Positions 60,447 to 64,000 of a stretch of 64,000 nucleotides of DNA are shown here, one piece after another. The position numbers were made by a program, and so were the translations under genes. The stretch lies in the NCBI GenBank assembly GCA_010093995.1, contig ML992505.1:1817533-1881532 (forward strand), written 5' to 3'. A model generated the notes under the pieces. It was not told the DNA's origin. It did not search any database and saw only the letters and a list, made by a program, of their open reading frames with translations. Position 1 is the stretch's first letter. Every line of letters starts with the position of its first letter. Source of the stretch: Elsinoe ampelina (lineage: Eukaryota).

Positions 60447-61316
60447 ATGGCCCCCTCCCCATCCGCCCCCTCCGCTCCCTCTCCTCTCTCCGCCCCTCCC
60501 TCAAATCCCCCCTCCGCCCCCTCCCCTCTCCCCATCACCCCAGTCCGCCACTTCCCCATCCCCCTCACCCCCCACCACACCCAACCCATCCTGATCACCG
60601 AACCAAACCTCCGCGCCGACAACCTCCCCCTCGAAACATGGGCCTCCTCCACCATCCTCGCATCCCAACTGCACCTCGTCCCTGTGTCTTTCCCTGCCCC
60701 TTCGCCTTCGATGATCCCGATCCTGGAGCTGGGAGCAGGGACCGGGTTGGTGGGGATTGCGGCCGCGGGGGTCTACAGGCGGGGAACGGTGTTGACGGAT
60801 CTGGAGCCGATTGTCCCTGGACTAGAGGGGAATGTGGGGTTGAATTCTGGGTGGCTTGGGGGAGTTGAAGAGGAGGAAAACGGGGAGGGGGAGGGGACTG
60901 GTGGAGGGAAGGTGGAGATTTCGGCTGGAGTGCTGGATTGGACGGCCCCGGGGATATGCACGGTGGGGGCCAAGGTGTATCGGGCGAGTGAGACCAAGGC
61001 GCATGTGATCCTGGCGGCGGATACGTTGTATAGTGAGGAACATCCTGTGCTGTTGTCGCGGACGGTGGGGATGTGGTTGGCGAGGGATTCGAGGGCGAGG
61101 TTCATCATGGGGACGGCTTTGAGGGTGGCGTATCTTGAGGAGCTACGGGAGTTGTGGGAGAAGCTGGAAGGGTTGGGACTGAAATGTGTGAAAGAGGGAA
61201 AGGGCATGGCTGAGGAGAAGGATTTTGATGATGAGCGGTTGGTGGAATGGAGTGTGTGGCGGTGGAAAGACTTGGAAGACAAGGAGGAGTCGGAACAGGG
61301 TCAGGAAGTGGCATAG
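60447..61316 (+). CDS. SAM-dependent protein-lysine methyltransferase (Methyltransf_16; Efm2/Rrg1-like)
   Basis: EPNLRADNL.LETWASS, motif I ILELGAGTGLVG, LTDL, LDW and ILAADTLY. The start codon is uncertain. Confidence 0.85.
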   Translation: MAPSPSAPSAPSPLSAPPSNPPSAPSPLPITPVRHFPIPLTPHHTQPILITEPNLRADNLPLETWASSTILASQLHLVPVSFPAPSPSMIPILELGAGTGLVGIAAAGVYRRGTVLTDLEPIVPGLEGNVGLNSGWLGGVEEEENGEGEGTGGGKVEISAGVLDWTAPGICTVGAKVYRASETKAHVILAADTLYSEEHPVLLSRTVGMWLARDSRARFIMGTALRVAYLEELRELWEKLEGLGLKCVKEGKGMAEEKDFDDERLVEWSVWRWKDLEDKEESEQGQEVA

Positions 61317-61515
61317 GCGCTACACTGGCTCTCTATTGTGGGCCATGGGGATATGCCCGCCGTATTTGGATGTCATGGAGTGGAACGAATACGAAATACA
61401 AAAGTATAACGGATGGAAGTGGCAAAGTACCACTGTGTTGCTCCATGATCGGAAGGCGGAATCCGCTCGATGACATGACGATGGGTATCTATACTATAAT
61501 CACGGAAACAGGCCA

Positions 61516-64000
61516 TCATTTCCCAATCTTCCAGCTGAGCACGTCAATCTTGCCTCCCATGCTCATATTTTCCCGTGCTTGCTGTTCTACAGGCGTGTTC
61601 TGGTGTAGCCTGGCAAAGTCGCCGAAAAGACCATCTCCGAAGCGGAGCGGTAACGGCGTCGGCGCATGATACTGCGCTGTATCTGTATCTCCAGAATGCG
61701 AGTCGTGATCGTGATCTTCGCCCTCCACATCGTCGTCGCCATCGGAGGTCATGTATTCGTCGCTGTCGTCTTGATCGTCACTTGCAGTCGGACTCTCAGC
61801 TTCCCGTACGGCGTCTTGTCCGGGCTGGGAATTGTCCTCCAGTCTGTCGACTAAGGAATTGATCGTGTCCAGAGCTGACTGTGCTGGTCAGCGTTCGTCT
61901 CTCAAAACAAAATCGTTTCTTCTCGTGTGCCAATTCGAATGTCTGGAAGAAAAGTTGCGACCAACCTGGGGATTAGCATATCGCCCTCCTCTATCATTAT
62001 AGGAAGGGCGATACGAGTCGCCTCGTCGTGGGCCAGCAGATGACGAGGGCTGCGACGGTGGACTTTGTCGATGAGGCAGGCTTGGCGATCCTGAAAATGA
62101 CAGAGAGCCACGTCTATTGAAGTGCGCCGGATCGCGAGGAGGTTGCTGTCCCGATGAGGGCAAAGGTGCTCTACTAGTCGTCGATGTATCGCGATCCGCA
62201 GGACGGCCAATGGATGGCGTGGAGTGACGAGAGAATACATGTAAGGGGCTATCTGCTTGTGACGACCTGGAGACCGAAACGATCGTGTGCTGCTGTGGCG
62301 TGGTATGTTTGTTGGGAGGCACGGCTGCCGAATGAGGGGCAAAGGAACGAGATTGTGGAACAGTTTCGTCGCTAGGTTTGACTGGTGAGTTCCGGATCTT
62401 ACTGCAAGCACGTCCGTCTCCTTCACGTCGGGAGGCGTTGAACGCATTCCTCCTGTCACGTTGGTGCTTGACCTCGGGAGGCTCATCGACCACATCCTGA
62501 GAACCCCATGTGATGCCTGAGCGTCGCTTCTTGGAAGATAGGGATTGGTGACCATTACCTCCAGCAGGCCCTGTGTCAACTTCGGTGTCCTTGCCAAACG
62601 TAGCATGGTCACGCTTCTTAGAACTATTCGCTGCTGATATTGGCGGCCGATCCTGCGAGCGGTGTTTGCTCCAGGGGGGACTACTAGATAGCTCATCGGG
62701 ACGACGTTGCTGTGTATGCTGGCTTCCGTGGTTGTGACCTTCCCGGGAAAGAGGACTTGTATTCTGTATCTGAGTGAGCCGTGATGGGTGGATCACGCTG
62801 CCGGTGCGTTCTCCAGACACATTTGGTCTCCCATTGGCACTGCTATAGACACTTGAACTGCTCGAGTTCGCGGTCGGCTTCTGCGGGAGTGGGTGCGGAG
62901 TGCGTGGAGACGCAGTCGAAAGGTCTTGCTGCGATGGACCCCGACCTGAGCTGTTGGCTGTCACAGGCTGGGTTGCAGGGACAGGCTCGCCAGTACTTTG
63001 CGTGGTCGCCTCAGTCGACGACTTCAATGGCGACTCCTTGACTTCTACAACCGGTGAAATTATAACAGGAGCCGATGATGGTATGGTGACTGACTCATCC
63101 AGCCGAGAACGCACAGCTTTAGCTTGCACCGGTGCAGTATTTGACATGCCTAGTGTACGGGGTACCGTAGTTCGGAGATCAAGATCGTTGTCATCCTCCG
63201 AAATCTCGTCATCTTGTGGTACCGGAGACGATATCTGCTTCGGTGGCGAGCTTGCAGGCGCAGTCGATTGAGCGGACGCTTCTGGCGCGCTACTATCAGG
63301 CGGTAATTCCCCAAGCTTGGCGTTGAGCGGTCTGATGTGGATGTGCATGGACTTGGAAAAGGTTTTGATGGCGTGCTCTCGGTTTGGACTTTGAGACCAA
63401 GGAATTTCGTCATCATCGGTATCCTCGGTAGCCGCTGTTCGGACCGGAGTCGTCAAGACTGAAACATCATCCTCTATTGAACCTCTTCCGTCGTCTTCAA
63501 TCCCTGCTTGCGCAATCACTTCCTGGTCTAGCCTGCGGGCCAGTGACTTGAGCACTTCCACAGGAACATTTGGTTCAGGAAAGACTTCTCCTGGATATGG
63601 AGGGTACCACGATTGCTTCTTCTGAAGAATGTCCCGCTGATTGCTCGGCATTCTCCTTGCTGCATACTTCATGTAGATCGCGTCGGGCATGTGCGGCGTG
63701 TAAGCACGTTTGCTGGGATTCGAGGGCTGGGAAAAGCTTGCTTGAGTGGCTGTAGCAGGTAGAGCGGCCGATGGGATCTGCGCGCCGTCTCCTGACTGGC
63801 TTGTCGGTACTGGTATTGGGCGCGATGGTCCGCCGGTGAGATCTATACTTGTTTTGGCTGGACCTGGAGTGGGTGAAGAGATTGGTATTGTAGATGTCGC
63901 CGCGTTGGTCTTGTTCTGATCTTGCAGCGAGACTGGATGACTCTCAGATCTGGGATCAGACGCACGTTGTTTAGAGGCTGTGTGTTTGTCTTGTTCAATG
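61516..64000 (-). CDS. 5'-truncated large disordered protein, possibly TPP1/Tpz1-like shelterin subunit; intron 61879-61965
   Basis: The frame is open to the window edge, and a GTTGGT...GCTGAC...CAG intron joins the last exon in frame. The motif NQRDIL...SWYPP.PG..FP.PNVP..VL recalls Pezizomycotina TPP1-domain proteins, but the diagnostic OB fold would lie outside the window. Confidence 0.45.

Overview
Gene-dense 64 kb segment of a filamentous ascomycete (Pezizomycotina) chromosome, judged from short GT-AG introns with CTRAC branch sites and RIP-mutated repeats. In order it contains the RIP-degraded 3' end of a Ty1/copia element, MPDU1, a Zrt2-type ZIP zinc transporter, a very long AT-hook/EVE-domain protein, a ~7 kb gene-poor stretch with a candidate 24-aa proline-rich micropeptide gene, and DJP1/CAJ1. 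Next come an intact PNP_UDP-NACHT-WD40 NLR, a frameshifted secreted beta-lactamase-family hydrolase, PPZ1, RPS2, a TRI12-type MFS pump, an EAF-domain protein, the H3K27 methyltransferase KMT6/EZH2, an ER FKBP, an IRC21-like cytochrome b5 protein with a detached upstream membrane ORF, NBS1, MEMO1 and a large secreted protein. A decayed accessory island follows (tandem repeats, RIPped DNA, a DUF3505-like ORF, linalool dehydratase/isomerase-like and P450 pseudogenes), then a lysine methyltransferase and a truncated possible TPP1-like gene. The most striking unexplained signal is about ten sharp C-rich-to-G-rich strand-skew switches, all of the same polarity and independent of gene orientation. 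All family calls are from recalled motifs, not database searches, and all intron coordinates are inferred from sequence.
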